A stretch of DNA of 64,000 nucleotides from an uncultured Candidatus Saccharibacteria bacterium (GCA_964434195.1 CAYSUI010000005.1:10671-74670), one strand, 5' to 3'; positions 10,370 to 20,575 are shown, counted from the stretch's first letter. Translations and numbers: made by a program. Notes: generated from the sequence alone by a model not told the origin.

Positions 10370-10756
10370 TTAAATCAGTGAATTATAACCCAAAATGGTG
10401 TTTACTATTACGTTTATAATTATGTAAGACAATATTATAAGTACTAAACCAATTATAGCATTTACCACCGTCTTCTTACCTTTGGTTGCGCTCTCTGCAT
10501 TACCCGCAGAAAGGATATATTGGAATCCACCAATTATTATAAACAACACGGATACCCCACCAGCTATATAAAGTAGTATCTGAATAATAAAATATATAAA
10601 ACCAGATATAGAGTTAAATGCTACGCTAGGAAATAAAATTCTAAGCCTAGATAAACCACTGTTAATTTCATTCTGAGCAGAAGCAACAAAAGGAACTAAC
10701 ATTCCTGCAGCAGTTGCCCCAAAAGTAACTAAATTTTTCTTACTAATACTTTTCAT
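10370..10756 (-). CDS. VirB2/TrbC-like pilin
   Basis: VLFIIIGGFQYILSAGNAESATKGKKTVVNAIIGL. Confidence 0.82.
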   Translation of the reverse strand: MKSISKKNLVTFGATAAGMLVPFVASAQNEINSGLSRLRILFPSVAFNSISGFIYFIIQILLYIAGGVSVLFIIIGGFQYILSAGNAESATKGKKTVVNAIIGLVLIILSYIIINVIVNTILGYNSLI

Positions 10757-10875
10757 TGATATATATTAATTAATCTTCAAGGTACTATCCCCAAATACCC
10801 TAGAGATTATTCCGTAAGTTTTGCCTACGGAATAAAAATGTAAGAGATAGGATCCTATTACCTAACTTCTTCCAA

Positions 10876-11292
10876 CTACGGTGCGCTTGTACCCGCGCCT
10901 CCAGTTGAAACCAGGTTAGAAACAACGTTAACAATAACGTAAGAAAGAACGATTATGATAATACCAATAATTGCATTTATCACTGTACTCTTTCCTTTGC
11001 TTGCTGTTTCTTCGTTTCCTGCGGAAGTTATATACCAAAATCCACCAATGATCAAGAACAAAACTGCAACACCAAAGGTAATACCTAGTACCCAGTTTAT
11101 AACAGTTCTAATAAAACTGTTAACATCTGTACCTGCGTTACAATTTAGTCCTGAGCCAGCTGGACATTGGAAGTTTCTATTTAACTGAGCAGAAACTTCT
11201 AAAGGAGCAAGCACTAAAGCTAATGCTAAAATGCCCTGCAAAAAAACCAACACATTCACTTTTTTCAAAATATTTCTCAAAATTTTTTTCAC
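10876..11292 (-). CDS. VirB2/TrbC-like pilin
   Basis: AVLFLIIGGFWYITSAGNEETASKGKSTVINAIIG. Confidence 0.82.
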   Translation of the reverse strand: MKKILRNILKKVNVLVFLQGILALALVLAPLEVSAQLNRNFQCPAGSGLNCNAGTDVNSFIRTVINWVLGITFGVAVLFLIIGGFWYITSAGNEETASKGKSTVINAIIGIIIIVLSYVIVNVVSNLVSTGGAGTSAP

Positions 11293-11410
11293 CGCCTTTC
11301 ATTGGCCGTTCTTGGCTGAGAGTTTTTAAAGAATAATTTTTTAAAAACTCTCAGCCAAGAACTATATATTAAATAATTTTTTTAATTTTACTTACTAACA
11401 TTATATACCA

Positions 11411-12679
11411 TTAATTTATATATTGGGTGCTATTTTTTATAGCCTCCCCGCAAACCGTTACAGTAACATCCGCAGGAGGAGTTATATCTAAAGTAACATT
11501 CGCACTTTGAGTTGTACTCTGATCTGAAAATTTTTCAAACGAAGCTGAAGCCGATTTGCCATTCGAACTTGCCTCTACGGTAGCTCCGGTATTTCCACAA
11601 ACAGTTGAAAGCGTACTCGTTGGTGCACTTACTGAAACTTTTACAGCTTTACCTCGAGTAGTCGAAACTAAAGACCATGACCAACCTATCGTACTTGCAG
11701 CCTGGACCACCGGATCCACAGGTGGATTAACTGACCCACTTGGACTTGGGCTAGGTGTAGGCTTACTCACTATTGGATTCCCTCTACTATTATTATTTCC
11801 AGAATTACTCGTACCTCCAGAACTCCCAGTAAACAAACCAAGAACTATATTTACTAAAGCTGATGCCATTATTATAACTATCAAACCTATAACCGCTTGC
11901 GTTATTGTCTTTTTGCCAGCGCCAGTCGCCTCTTTGCCGCCACTAGACATACCTGTCATGTATTGATAACCACCAATGATTATAAAAATAACTGCAACAG
12001 CACCCGAAAATGCAAAAAGTATATTTAAAATAAAACCCATTAAAGACGAAGCAGTACAGAAATGAGGAACAATTCCAAGCACATCAGTAAATCGACTATC
12101 TCCACCCGCAGCAAATTCTATGGATTGCTCAAGCGTAGCGCAGTCTCCACTTCCAAGCGCAGGCACATCACCAGTAAGCCCTCCGGAGTTTGAATCCTGT
12201 GGTGTATTATTCGAAACGTTAGGATTATTTGGATTATTATTACCCCCAGAAATAGCCAGGGTACTTCCACATACATATCCACTGCCAAGATCGTAACAAT
12301 TTCTATAGCTAGACCCAGCCTGTCCGTTTACATTTGTTGTTTTTATATACCCCCTGGAGTCAGTTGTTTTAGTGACTTCACCAGGATTTCCCGCAGTTAC
12401 ACCATCTTTCAAAATCTTAAACTTAACCTGCTTACCTACACAGGGTTGATTATTTGAATCAACTATCAATCCCAAATTATTATAAGAACCTACAGCGCCT
12501 GTTGTAAGTTCAGTACTATTCGAAGAATCACTCGACGCATACCACGAATCACCCTTAAATGTACAAGTTGTATTTTGAGCTTCAGCTTTCTGAAAATCCA
12601 GTCGTACACTAAAAGGTATTGAAAAAAACAAAAAACCTAACGACAGAGCAACTATGTATTTAAAATAATTTTTCATCAT
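11411..12679 (-). CDS. Pilin-domain protein with extracellular domains on both sides
   Basis: AVIFIIIGGYQYMT...GKKTITQAVIGL; Ser/Pro/Asn linkers. Confidence 0.75.
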   Translation of the reverse strand: MMKNYFKYIVALSLGFLFFSIPFSVRLDFQKAEAQNTTCTFKGDSWYASSDSSNSTELTTGAVGSYNNLGLIVDSNNQPCVGKQVKFKILKDGVTAGNPGEVTKTTDSRGYIKTTNVNGQAGSSYRNCYDLGSGYVCGSTLAISGGNNNPNNPNVSNNTPQDSNSGGLTGDVPALGSGDCATLEQSIEFAAGGDSRFTDVLGIVPHFCTASSLMGFILNILFAFSGAVAVIFIIIGGYQYMTGMSSGGKEATGAGKKTITQAVIGLIVIIMASALVNIVLGLFTGSSGGTSNSGNNNSRGNPIVSKPTPSPSPSGSVNPPVDPVVQAASTIGWSWSLVSTTRGKAVKVSVSAPTSTLSTVCGNTGATVEASSNGKSASASFEKFSDQSTTQSANVTLDITPPADVTVTVCGEAIKNSTQYIN

Positions 12680-12681
12680 TT

Positions 12682-13854
12682 TTATAATCCCTTATAACCT
12701 ATTAAGTTTTGCACTATTGCTACTATACTAAACGCAAGTAAAGATACAATAACTCCTGCTATTGCCCAAGTCATTGTAGCCTTTGCCTGAGTAAGAGCTT
12801 CGCTATTTCCTTGAGAAATCACCATTTTAAAACCCGCTACAACAATAAACAAAACCGCCCATGCTGCTATAAGCGCAATAAATGCTTTCATTATTACTAG
12901 CATCAACTGACCTAAATTACCCGATTCAAGTGGATTACATAGTTGGGCACCAGGATTACAACCTGAACTAGAGGTAGTAGAAGTCCCACCCGTACTAGGC
13001 CCTCCAGTATTCGGATTTCCTGTACTTGGGTTTCCCGTTGGACCACCCGTTGGACCACCAGTGGGTCCACCCGTGGGCCCACCGGTAGGACCGCCGCTAG
13101 TTGGACTTCCCGAACCAGAAGTTACCGTTGCCCCTCCAATCTGACCTCCGGTAATTGAACCTTTAGCCTGATAAACCCTAATTGCGTAATTTTGCGTAAT
13201 TGTAGGTGTAAATGTCGTATCCTCAACATAAAAATCATTCGGGTCAATAGCCAATCCCCGATTCGTTAACACCACTTTATTATTTGGATCCAGAACTTCA
13301 ACCACAACCGTGTCGCCATTTGGCCCAGTCTGGCATCCAGTAGCCTTCACGCGGATATAATATTTTTCTCCCTTTACAACCGATGTAGCTGGTTGCCTGC
13401 TTGAGTTGAAAACCGATATTTCAGCACGGCAATTACTTGAACTAACCCCAACATTCATTATGGGGCCACATACAAATGACCTATCGTCGTCATATTGATA
13501 CTTAGCGCAAATATTATAACTACCTGGATTGTTGAAAGTTATTTGAATTAAACCAATACCTGGTGATTTTTCAGAAGCATAACCCCCAACAAAATCGGTA
13601 TTATTACTTACTACCGAATTATCTTTTTTTACTTTATAACCAATATCTCGAATCGAACAATTACTGAAGTTAAAAGTATAATCATACTTCTGACCCGTAA
13701 CCGGCCCGCTACCACTATAAAAAAGTTTACCCCCCGATATGTTACATGTCGCAGCACTTGCTTGTTCTGTTAGCAAAGAAGCTACTCCCAAATAAAAGAC
13801 TGCAGTAAAAACAGAGAAAGTAAATATTTTAAATAGTAATGTAAGAAATTTCAT
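12682..13854 (-). CDS. Pilin-domain protein with beta-rich N-terminus and GGPT repeats
   Basis: AVLFIVVAGFKMVISQGNSEALTQAKATMTWAIAG; (GGPT)5 linker. Confidence 0.75.
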   Translation of the reverse strand: MKFLTLLFKIFTFSVFTAVFYLGVASLLTEQASAATCNISGGKLFYSGSGPVTGQKYDYTFNFSNCSIRDIGYKVKKDNSVVSNNTDFVGGYASEKSPGIGLIQITFNNPGSYNICAKYQYDDDRSFVCGPIMNVGVSSSNCRAEISVFNSSRQPATSVVKGEKYYIRVKATGCQTGPNGDTVVVEVLDPNNKVVLTNRGLAIDPNDFYVEDTTFTPTITQNYAIRVYQAKGSITGGQIGGATVTSGSGSPTSGGPTGGPTGGPTGGPTGGPTGNPSTGNPNTGGPSTGGTSTTSSSGCNPGAQLCNPLESGNLGQLMLVIMKAFIALIAAWAVLFIVVAGFKMVISQGNSEALTQAKATMTWAIAGVIVSLLAFSIVAIVQNLIGYKGL

Positions 13855-13859
13855 AAATA

Positions 13860-14969
13860 TTAATTATTGGTATTTGTAGTAGCGTTTCTTTGTAAAATAT
13901 AATCTACTGGGTTAGTTAAAATATTTTGACCACCAGATAATCCAAGTATGCCATTTACAATTGTATTTATTAACAAGAAAGCCATCATTGCTAAAACTAA
14001 TCCCAATACAGAATTAATCAAATGTTTCTTTGCAGCAGTTATCTTTTCGGCACTACCCTGAGCAAGCAACATTGAAAATGCTGATCGAATAATCTGAAAA
14101 GTTGCAAAGAATCCAGCCATCAAAATAAGATAATTTGTTACCCGAGTCATCAGAGTAAACAAATCTCTAACTGTACAGCTATCACTCGGTCTAGGCCCAG
14201 CCGGACCACTTCCAGTAACAGCAGAATCTCTACCGCACGGAACTAACCCCTTCTCTTTCTCCTGTGCAACCGAAATATTCCCAGTAGAATTATTGTTATT
14301 ACCTGGAGCATTACTGTCTATTGTCTGACCTGGAGGTGCAGAAGATTCACTTCTTACACTCACTGTCCTAGCATCGGACTGAGTAACGGTTGCACCATTA
14401 GTAAGCGCCAGATAACTTGCCAACTGCAAAGTTCCACCATTTTGAATCAACTGTTTTGTACCTGAATCTTTTAACCCACTTGTTTGCCAAGGTAATTTAA
14501 ATTCAAAATATCCTTTAGATGCAAAGTCTTTATTGTATGGGTCAGTAGTATAACTTTGTTCTGGTCCAATAGTTTCATAACTGCCATCACTAAAGACATT
14601 TCTAAACCTATGCTTAAAAGTCTGACCACAAGTAGCATCTACAGTATATTTTGAATACAAAATAAATCTTGTATCTTTATTGGCCAAAGAGCTTATTTGC
14701 GCTCCGTTCATATCGGTAACATAAAACTGCACAACCGCATTGCAAACAGAAGCAGCCTGAACATCATGACCGAAAAAAACCACAGAAAGTAGCACTAACA
14801 GCATCCCAACTGAGGCTTTCGCCTTTATCAATTTATTATTCCAAATTTTTATTTTTGAGTTCAAAAAAGACATCCAACTAATATTTTTTACTATTAATAC
14901 TATACCACATTTACTATCCTCTAACTTATAAAAAATGAACCTTCTAGAACTTTCGCCTAGACGGCTCAT
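13860..14969 (-). CDS. Pilin-domain protein (GLVPCG...C type); probable start 14873
   Basis: GLVPCG...CTVRDLF, AQGSAEKITAAKKHLINSVLGL. Confidence 0.72.
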   Translation of the reverse strand: MSRLGESSRRFIFYKLEDSKCGIVLIVKNISWMSFLNSKIKIWNNKLIKAKASVGMLLVLLSVVFFGHDVQAASVCNAVVQFYVTDMNGAQISSLANKDTRFILYSKYTVDATCGQTFKHRFRNVFSDGSYETIGPEQSYTTDPYNKDFASKGYFEFKLPWQTSGLKDSGTKQLIQNGGTLQLASYLALTNGATVTQSDARTVSVRSESSAPPGQTIDSNAPGNNNNSTGNISVAQEKEKGLVPCGRDSAVTGSGPAGPRPSDSCTVRDLFTLMTRVTNYLILMAGFFATFQIIRSAFSMLLAQGSAEKITAAKKHLINSVLGLVLAMMAFLLINTIVNGILGLSGGQNILTNPVDYILQRNATTNTNN

Positions 14970-14998
14970 TTTACTTAATTTGAACCTTTAAGTCAACA

Positions 14999-16321
14999 CT
15001 AATATACACTTCTCCCTATAGTCGAAACTTGTTGTTCAGCTTGCGATATTGCTTGATCCACCCTCATTCCTGTAAGCACAACATTATCTATTGCTTTTAG
15101 CATAATCGTGTCTACTCTTGCCTGATCTGGACGATAAAATTGTTTTGCTGTTAGACCCGAATATGCAAATACAGATAACTTAGGATCTTGAGTCTGTGTT
15201 TCAACTAAATCTTTTCTACTTGATGGGTATTTATAAACCGTATAATACTTAGATAATTTTTCCTTTGTTGTAATAAATTTCAAAAAATCCCAAGCAATTT
15301 CGCTATTTTTACTCTGCTTACTCACAACTTCCCCAAAATAATTTGAAAAATTAACCCTAGGATCATCTAAATTCACTTGTGGTACAGGCGCAACATCAAA
15401 ATTCAAATTAGGAGCTTTGTCGATAATAGTATCTCTAGTAAAAGAATACCCATACAAAAATGCAGCTCTTCCATTGGCAAACGCATCTATTGAATAGTCA
15501 CTCTGGGTATTCCAGGTATAATTCGCAGAATTTGGATTTGCAAAAGACGTATAGTAACTAAGACCTAAAGCTCCTGGAAAAATTTGCTTCCCATTTTTGG
15601 TTACAGGCTGTGCAAAAGTAGGTCTGGTTTTATCCGTAGACCAAGCCTGAACACCAGACTGGAGCATCAATAAATACAGAATATCTTGCGACCTATTAAC
15701 ATTTCCTGAAGTACCCATAGCTACTCCACTCACAGTAAAATAACCCCGATCGTTTTGTTTAGTAATATTTCTAACCTGCCTCCCCAACTCTTCCCATGTT
15801 TTAGGAGGACTAGCAAAACCCGCGCTACCCAGTAAGTCTTTATTGTAGTAGAGAGCAAGAGTATCTACAGAAAGAGCAGTGCCATAAACCTGATTATCTT
15901 TAGTAAAATCTTCAGTAATTACATCCAAAAAAGTATTTTTGTAATCGTTAAAGGAGAAAACTTTTTGTGGGGCAGGAGTAATTTTATCCTGATACTTTGG
16001 CAACCAAGCATTATTAATAGAAAATATATCCGGTCCGTTTCCTGATGCTAAAGCATCAATTAGATCTTCTTCGTAGTTTTCAATATTCTTTTTTGTATAT
16101 TCTATTCTAACCCTTGGATGAGCGGCCTGATATTCACCAATAAAATTCTGCATTTCTTCGCTATCTGTAAAAGGTTTCCAAAATTTCAATGTCACATAGC
16201 CATCCGTAGTAGTAGACCCATTATTTCCACTATTACAACCAGCAGCTACAAAAGAAATCAATACCAATACGGATAATATTTTTATTTTGGAAGCAATAAA
16301 CCTAAAAAAATTTTGTTTCAT
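14999..16321 (-). CDS. Extracellular solute-binding lipoprotein (sugar ABC type)
   Basis: VAAGC lipobox, GNGPDIF, ALYYNKDL, PPKTWEEL, FANGRAA. Confidence 0.85.
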   Translation of the reverse strand: MKQNFFRFIASKIKILSVLVLISFVAAGCNSGNNGSTTTDGYVTLKFWKPFTDSEEMQNFIGEYQAAHPRVRIEYTKKNIENYEEDLIDALASGNGPDIFSINNAWLPKYQDKITPAPQKVFSFNDYKNTFLDVITEDFTKDNQVYGTALSVDTLALYYNKDLLGSAGFASPPKTWEELGRQVRNITKQNDRGYFTVSGVAMGTSGNVNRSQDILYLLMLQSGVQAWSTDKTRPTFAQPVTKNGKQIFPGALGLSYYTSFANPNSANYTWNTQSDYSIDAFANGRAAFLYGYSFTRDTIIDKAPNLNFDVAPVPQVNLDDPRVNFSNYFGEVVSKQSKNSEIAWDFLKFITTKEKLSKYYTVYKYPSSRKDLVETQTQDPKLSVFAYSGLTAKQFYRPDQARVDTIMLKAIDNVVLTGMRVDQAISQAEQQVSTIGRSVY

Positions 16322-16335
16322 TATTTTTGCGCTTT

Positions 16336-17214
16336 TTAACTCAAATTTTTTAAATACTCAGAAAACTCTTCTCTTAAATCTTCATGCTTAAGCCCAAATT
16401 CTACAACTGCTTTAAGGTATTCTAACTTATTTCCTGTGTCATAATATCTTCCATTCGCTATTTCCACAGCATAAATTTCATCTTCTTTCATGAGCTTACT
16501 AATTGCATCTACAAGCCACAGCTCACCACTTTTACCTAAACTTGTAGATTCTAGATAACTAAATATACTCGGAGGAAGTATATAAGCCCCTAACATAGCC
16601 AAATTAGATGGTGCACTTCCTGGTTCTGGCTTTTCTACAATAGATTTAAGTTTAAAAATACCTTCATTTCCCTCTTCACAATCTGCCACACCATACTTAG
16701 ACAATTTAACTGGGTCGTCTATCCTAACCGCGCTTATATTTCCTTTACCATTCTTTTCAAAAACATCGATCATCTGTTTAAGCCTAGGGGGATTAGAATA
16801 GATAAATTCATCTGCCCAAAGCACCGCAAAAGGCTCATCACCAACAACATGTTTTGCATTTAGTACTGGAGTACCATTACCGTATGGGCCTTTTTGTCTC
16901 ACATAAACAAAATTAGCCATCTCAGCTATTTTTCTCACTTCCTCTGCCTGTGCGTCTTTTCCCGCCTCAAGCAGTCTTTTTTCTAGTTCGAAAGGATAGT
17001 CAAAATGATCTTCTATGCTTCTTTTATGCCAACCAGTAACTATAATAATATCTTCTATACCCGAAGCAACACACTCTTCAACTACATATTGAATAATGGG
17101 TTTATCTACTATCGGCAACATTTCCTTAGGCATCGCCTTAGTTGCTGGTAAAAACCTAGTTCCAAAACCTGCGGCAGGAATAACCGCCTTGCGAATCTTT
17201 TTAGTCTCTTTCAT
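16336..17214 (-). CDS. galU: UTP-glucose-1-phosphate uridylyltransferase
   Basis: KAVIPAAGFGTRFLPATKAMPKEMLPIVDKP, VEKP; true start MKETKK. Confidence 0.93.
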   Translation of the reverse strand: MKETKKIRKAVIPAAGFGTRFLPATKAMPKEMLPIVDKPIIQYVVEECVASGIEDIIIVTGWHKRSIEDHFDYPFELEKRLLEAGKDAQAEEVRKIAEMANFVYVRQKGPYGNGTPVLNAKHVVGDEPFAVLWADEFIYSNPPRLKQMIDVFEKNGKGNISAVRIDDPVKLSKYGVADCEEGNEGIFKLKSIVEKPEPGSAPSNLAMLGAYILPPSIFSYLESTSLGKSGELWLVDAISKLMKEDEIYAVEIANGRYYDTGNKLEYLKAVVEFGLKHEDLREEFSEYLKNLS

Positions 17215-17263
17215 AGAGCAATTATACCTCACCATCAAGGTCGAGCAAAGTGCAAAAAACATC

Positions 17264-17292
17264 TTGACTAGCACCAAACCCTTTAGTAAACT
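17264..17292 (+). promoter_or_regulatory. Sigma70-type promoter for the microprotein gene
   Basis: TTGACT-17 bp-TAAACT. Confidence 0.6.
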
Positions 17293-17343
17293 AGCAACGC
17301 TTCGAATATTTACTTCTGTCAAACAATCCCATAAGGAGAATAC

Positions 17344-17490
17344 ATGTACAATAGCAGCTGTCCTGATTGCCGCAGACAGGGAAGTGCCTGTTCCAAACAC
17401 GAAGAAAGCGATACTGACACTATCGAACTTCCAGATATCGAAATTGGAGGATATGAAAGTTCCGATAGCGGCTCTGGAAGTGGAGAATAA
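17344..17490 (+). CDS. 48-aa microprotein with CxxC-x6-C-x2-H motif and acidic tail (not in ORF track)
   Basis: AAGGAG RBS, ATG, MYNSSCPDCRRQGSACSKHEESDTDTIELPDIEIGGYESSDSGSGSGE*, upstream promoter, downstream hairpin. Confidence 0.7.
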   Translation: MYNSSCPDCRRQGSACSKHEESDTDTIELPDIEIGGYESSDSGSGSGE

Positions 17491-17523
17491 CTAGATCTAA
17501 ACTATAAGGATCTAGTTTTTTAT

Positions 17524-19032
17524 TTAGTCTACAAAATTTCTATACTGAATTGCTTCCGTTAGATGCTCTTTTCTTACATTTGCTGAAGCATCTAAATCTG
17601 CAATAGTTCTAGTTACTTTTAACAATCTATGAATTTGTCTAGGTGAAAGACTATAATTATTAGCTATTTTTTCTAAAAGGGATTCAGACTCAGTATCCAA
17701 TTCACAAAACGCATTTATATCTTTTGGACTTAGTTTAGAATTAGTTTTAACACTCTTATATCTTTCTATTTGTACCGTACGACAATTTTCCACTTGGATT
17801 CTAACTAACTCAGACTCATTTGTATTAGTTTTTCCTGCCGTTCGCATTTCTAAAAATGAAACTCTGCCGACATTTACGAATAAATCTATCCTATCCAACA
17901 GTGGTCCTGAAATTTTTTTCTGATACTTAATAATTTGAGCCGGACCACATACACAGTTCTTCTCCTTATCTCCATAGAACCCGCATGGACAAGGGTTTTG
18001 AGAAGCTAGCAAAATAAACTCAGCTGGATATGTTTGCGTGGTTTTAGCTCTAGATACTGTAACTACACCATCCTCCAGAGGTTGCCTTAATGATTCCAAG
18101 ACATTTCTTGGAAATTCTGGAAATTCATCTAAAAATAAAACCCCTTTATGAGCAAGCGTAATTTCGCCTGGCCTAGCATTCATACCACCCCCTACCAAAG
18201 CAATGTTCGACATAGTATGGTGGGGAGACCTAAAGGGCCGGTTCTCAATAAGACCCCCTTTAAGCAAGCCTGCAACACTATATATAGTACTAACTTCTAA
18301 AATTTCTTCCGATTTTAATGCAGGCAATATACCTACGACCGACCTGGCAAGCATAGTTTTACCGCTTCCAGGAGGGCCATAGAATAGAACATTATGCCCA
18401 CCAGCTGCTGCTATAGTTAGGGCTCTTTTTGCCAAATTTTGTCCTGCGATATCAGAAAAATCCACAAAACCCATATTTTCTTTAACTCTGTTTTTCTTTT
18501 TTTGCCTTGATGGTTGAAGTACTTTCACTCCTAATAAATGTTCCATTACAGAAGATAGATTAGTACAACTAAATATTTTCACACCCTTAACACAAAGTGC
18601 CTCAAAAACATTCGCTTCCGGTACATATATTTCTTTAAAGCCAGCCAAGCTTGCACGCCTTACCATAGCCAATACCCCTGAAACCGCCCTAAGGCTTCCG
18701 TCCAAAGCCAATTCACCTATAAATAATTTATCTTTCACCACGAAATTCACATCGCCCGAAGAAAGTAGAATAGAAAGAGCAATTGGAAAATCAAAATGTG
18801 ACCCCACTTTAGGAACATCCGCAGGTGCTAAATTTACAGAAATTTTAGTCTGAGGGTAATTACCACCACTATTTTTAATAGCACTCTTTACCCTCTCCTT
18901 ACTCTCTTTAACAGCCATATCCGGCAAACCAACTATATTTGTAGTAGGTAATCCGTTTACTACGTCTGCCTCTACTTCAATAATAACCGCATCAATACCA
19001 CTTAAACTAGCTGAATAAACTTTCTGTACCAT
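17524..19032 (-). CDS. comM: YifB/ComM Mg-chelatase-like AAA+ ATPase
   Basis: VGLPDMAVKES, GPPGSGKT, PFRSPHH, GVLFLDEFPEF, NPCPCG. Confidence 0.92.
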   Translation of the reverse strand: MVQKVYSASLSGIDAVIIEVEADVVNGLPTTNIVGLPDMAVKESKERVKSAIKNSGGNYPQTKISVNLAPADVPKVGSHFDFPIALSILLSSGDVNFVVKDKLFIGELALDGSLRAVSGVLAMVRRASLAGFKEIYVPEANVFEALCVKGVKIFSCTNLSSVMEHLLGVKVLQPSRQKKKNRVKENMGFVDFSDIAGQNLAKRALTIAAAGGHNVLFYGPPGSGKTMLARSVVGILPALKSEEILEVSTIYSVAGLLKGGLIENRPFRSPHHTMSNIALVGGGMNARPGEITLAHKGVLFLDEFPEFPRNVLESLRQPLEDGVVTVSRAKTTQTYPAEFILLASQNPCPCGFYGDKEKNCVCGPAQIIKYQKKISGPLLDRIDLFVNVGRVSFLEMRTAGKTNTNESELVRIQVENCRTVQIERYKSVKTNSKLSPKDINAFCELDTESESLLEKIANNYSLSPRQIHRLLKVTRTIADLDASANVRKEHLTEAIQYRNFVD

Positions 19033-19204
19033 AAAAAAATAAACGCAAAAGACAATAAATTTCTTATTCTGTCTCTCTCTAATAATAGGGTGAACGAATG
19101 TTCTACTTAGAATACCATAACAAAAAAAATGGTCAAAGAACTATTGACAAATAAATAAAAAAATGATTTAATGTGTAATTAAATCATCAGAAAAAAGGAG
19201 AATC

Positions 19205-19549
19205 ATGAATAAACTAATCATTTATCAAGTATGGCCAGCAAGTGAAGGTGATGTTCGTATCCCAATCAAAGAAACTTTTTACCGGTGTTTGGGATATGAG
19301 AATGCCGGAAGCATACCAACCCAACATGTTCTGAAGGAAAGTTTGCTTGTGAAATTGGCTCAGGAATATTTTTCCGAAGGTGGAGAAGTAATCTTTGGAA
19401 CGAATTCAGGTGCTTTTTCTTACAGCCCACCAAATGCAGAAGAAGGCACATACGGCGTATTTTATTTCACCCCAGTTAGACTTGAATTTCAAGACGATCT
19501 AGTAAGAGCTTTTCAAAAAGCATCACCCTTACCAAATTTCAACTTTTAA
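19205..19549 (+). CDS. Hypothetical protein
   Basis: AAGGAG RBS, TTGACA upstream, 114 aa ORF. Confidence 0.6.
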   Translation: MNKLIIYQVWPASEGDVRIPIKETFYRCLGYENAGSIPTQHVLKESLLVKLAQEYFSEGGEVIFGTNSGAFSYSPPNAEEGTYGVFYFTPVRLEFQDDLVRAFQKASPLPNFNF

Positions 19550-19571
19550 CTTACCCTCAGTGTAAGTCTTT

Positions 19572-20120
19572 TTATTTTTTCTTTGTTACATTTTCACCCA
19601 CTAAAACGACTAAGGCTATAAGTAGGATAATACCGCAAATAATCCAACTCCAATATTCAGGCCAAGGAATATTATGTCTCCAATGCCTATGAACAAAACC
19701 TATAGAAAATGCTCCCCACCATCCTAATTGAGAGATAGCAGATGCCAACCCGATTCTAAACATTATCTTTGCAGGTACTTCCTCTACATTTCCCAACATT
19801 TCCATACTTTTCTTAATGAAATGCAAGAATATTCCATTTAAACCAACCATCAATACAAAAAATAATTTAATCTTAGTCAGATTATCCACATAACCCTTCA
19901 TAGTTATCAGAAACAGACCAGAAAATACCAACCCGCCCCACCCTAACCAGATTAACCTTTGCGTAATCTCTGCTACCGATGTAACCCTAGCCAAAGTGAT
20001 ATTTTTCACTTTAAGCAACCACAATAAACCAAAAGTATCTATTACTATAACCGATCCAAAACCAACTATAAGAGAAATTAAATGAATAAAAAGAAATATA
20101 TAAAAAGGTAAAGTATCCAT
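19572..20120 (-). CDS. Membrane protein
   Basis: Five hydrophobic segments; directly follows lspA. Confidence 0.7.
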   Translation of the reverse strand: MDTLPFYIFLFIHLISLIVGFGSVIVIDTFGLLWLLKVKNITLARVTSVAEITQRLIWLGWGGLVFSGLFLITMKGYVDNLTKIKLFFVLMVGLNGIFLHFIKKSMEMLGNVEEVPAKIMFRIGLASAISQLGWWGAFSIGFVHRHWRHNIPWPEYWSWIICGIILLIALVVLVGENVTKKK

Positions 20121-20573
20121 TTATTTTTTATTTCTAAATAAAAGTATAAGTAATCCTATTATAATGCACCCGTCAGCAAAATTAAAAACTCCTGTAAAAA
20201 TACGAATATAATCATACACATAACCAAAGAACAATCTTTCAAATATATTAGAAATCGCTCCAGAAATTACGAGTACCCAAGCAAATCTTTCGGCTAAATC
20301 GAATTTTTTACCGTTAGAAACAATATACAAAGCCACAATTACAGCGATAACTGAATAAATCAGATAAATAAATAGGGCAGGAATCGGTAAACTAAATGCG
20401 AATTTATCATTTCTAAAATGAGTAATGCCAATAAAACCAAAATTAACTGATTCTAATCGTAAAAAAAACAATCTTGTTATCTGCGAGACTACAAAAAATA
20501 AAAATGATACAAGAATAGAACCCTTTAGGGTTCTATTTAATTTATATATCAATTTTAAAATCGATGTAAACAC
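20121..20573 (-). CDS. lspA: Lipoprotein signal peptidase (signal peptidase II)
   Basis: NDKFAFS, GAISNIFER, VYDYI, VFNFAD motifs. Confidence 0.82.
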   Translation of the reverse strand: MFTSILKLIYKLNRTLKGSILVSFLFFVVSQITRLFFLRLESVNFGFIGITHFRNDKFAFSLPIPALFIYLIYSVIAVIVALYIVSNGKKFDLAERFAWVLVISGAISNIFERLFFGYVYDYIRIFTGVFNFADGCIIIGLLILLFRNKK

Positions 20574-20575
20574 GT

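Noticed and set aside
17215-17400. N-terminal extension of GalU
   Set aside because: Homology begins at MKETKK; the extension overlaps the promoter and start of the opposite-strand microprotein.
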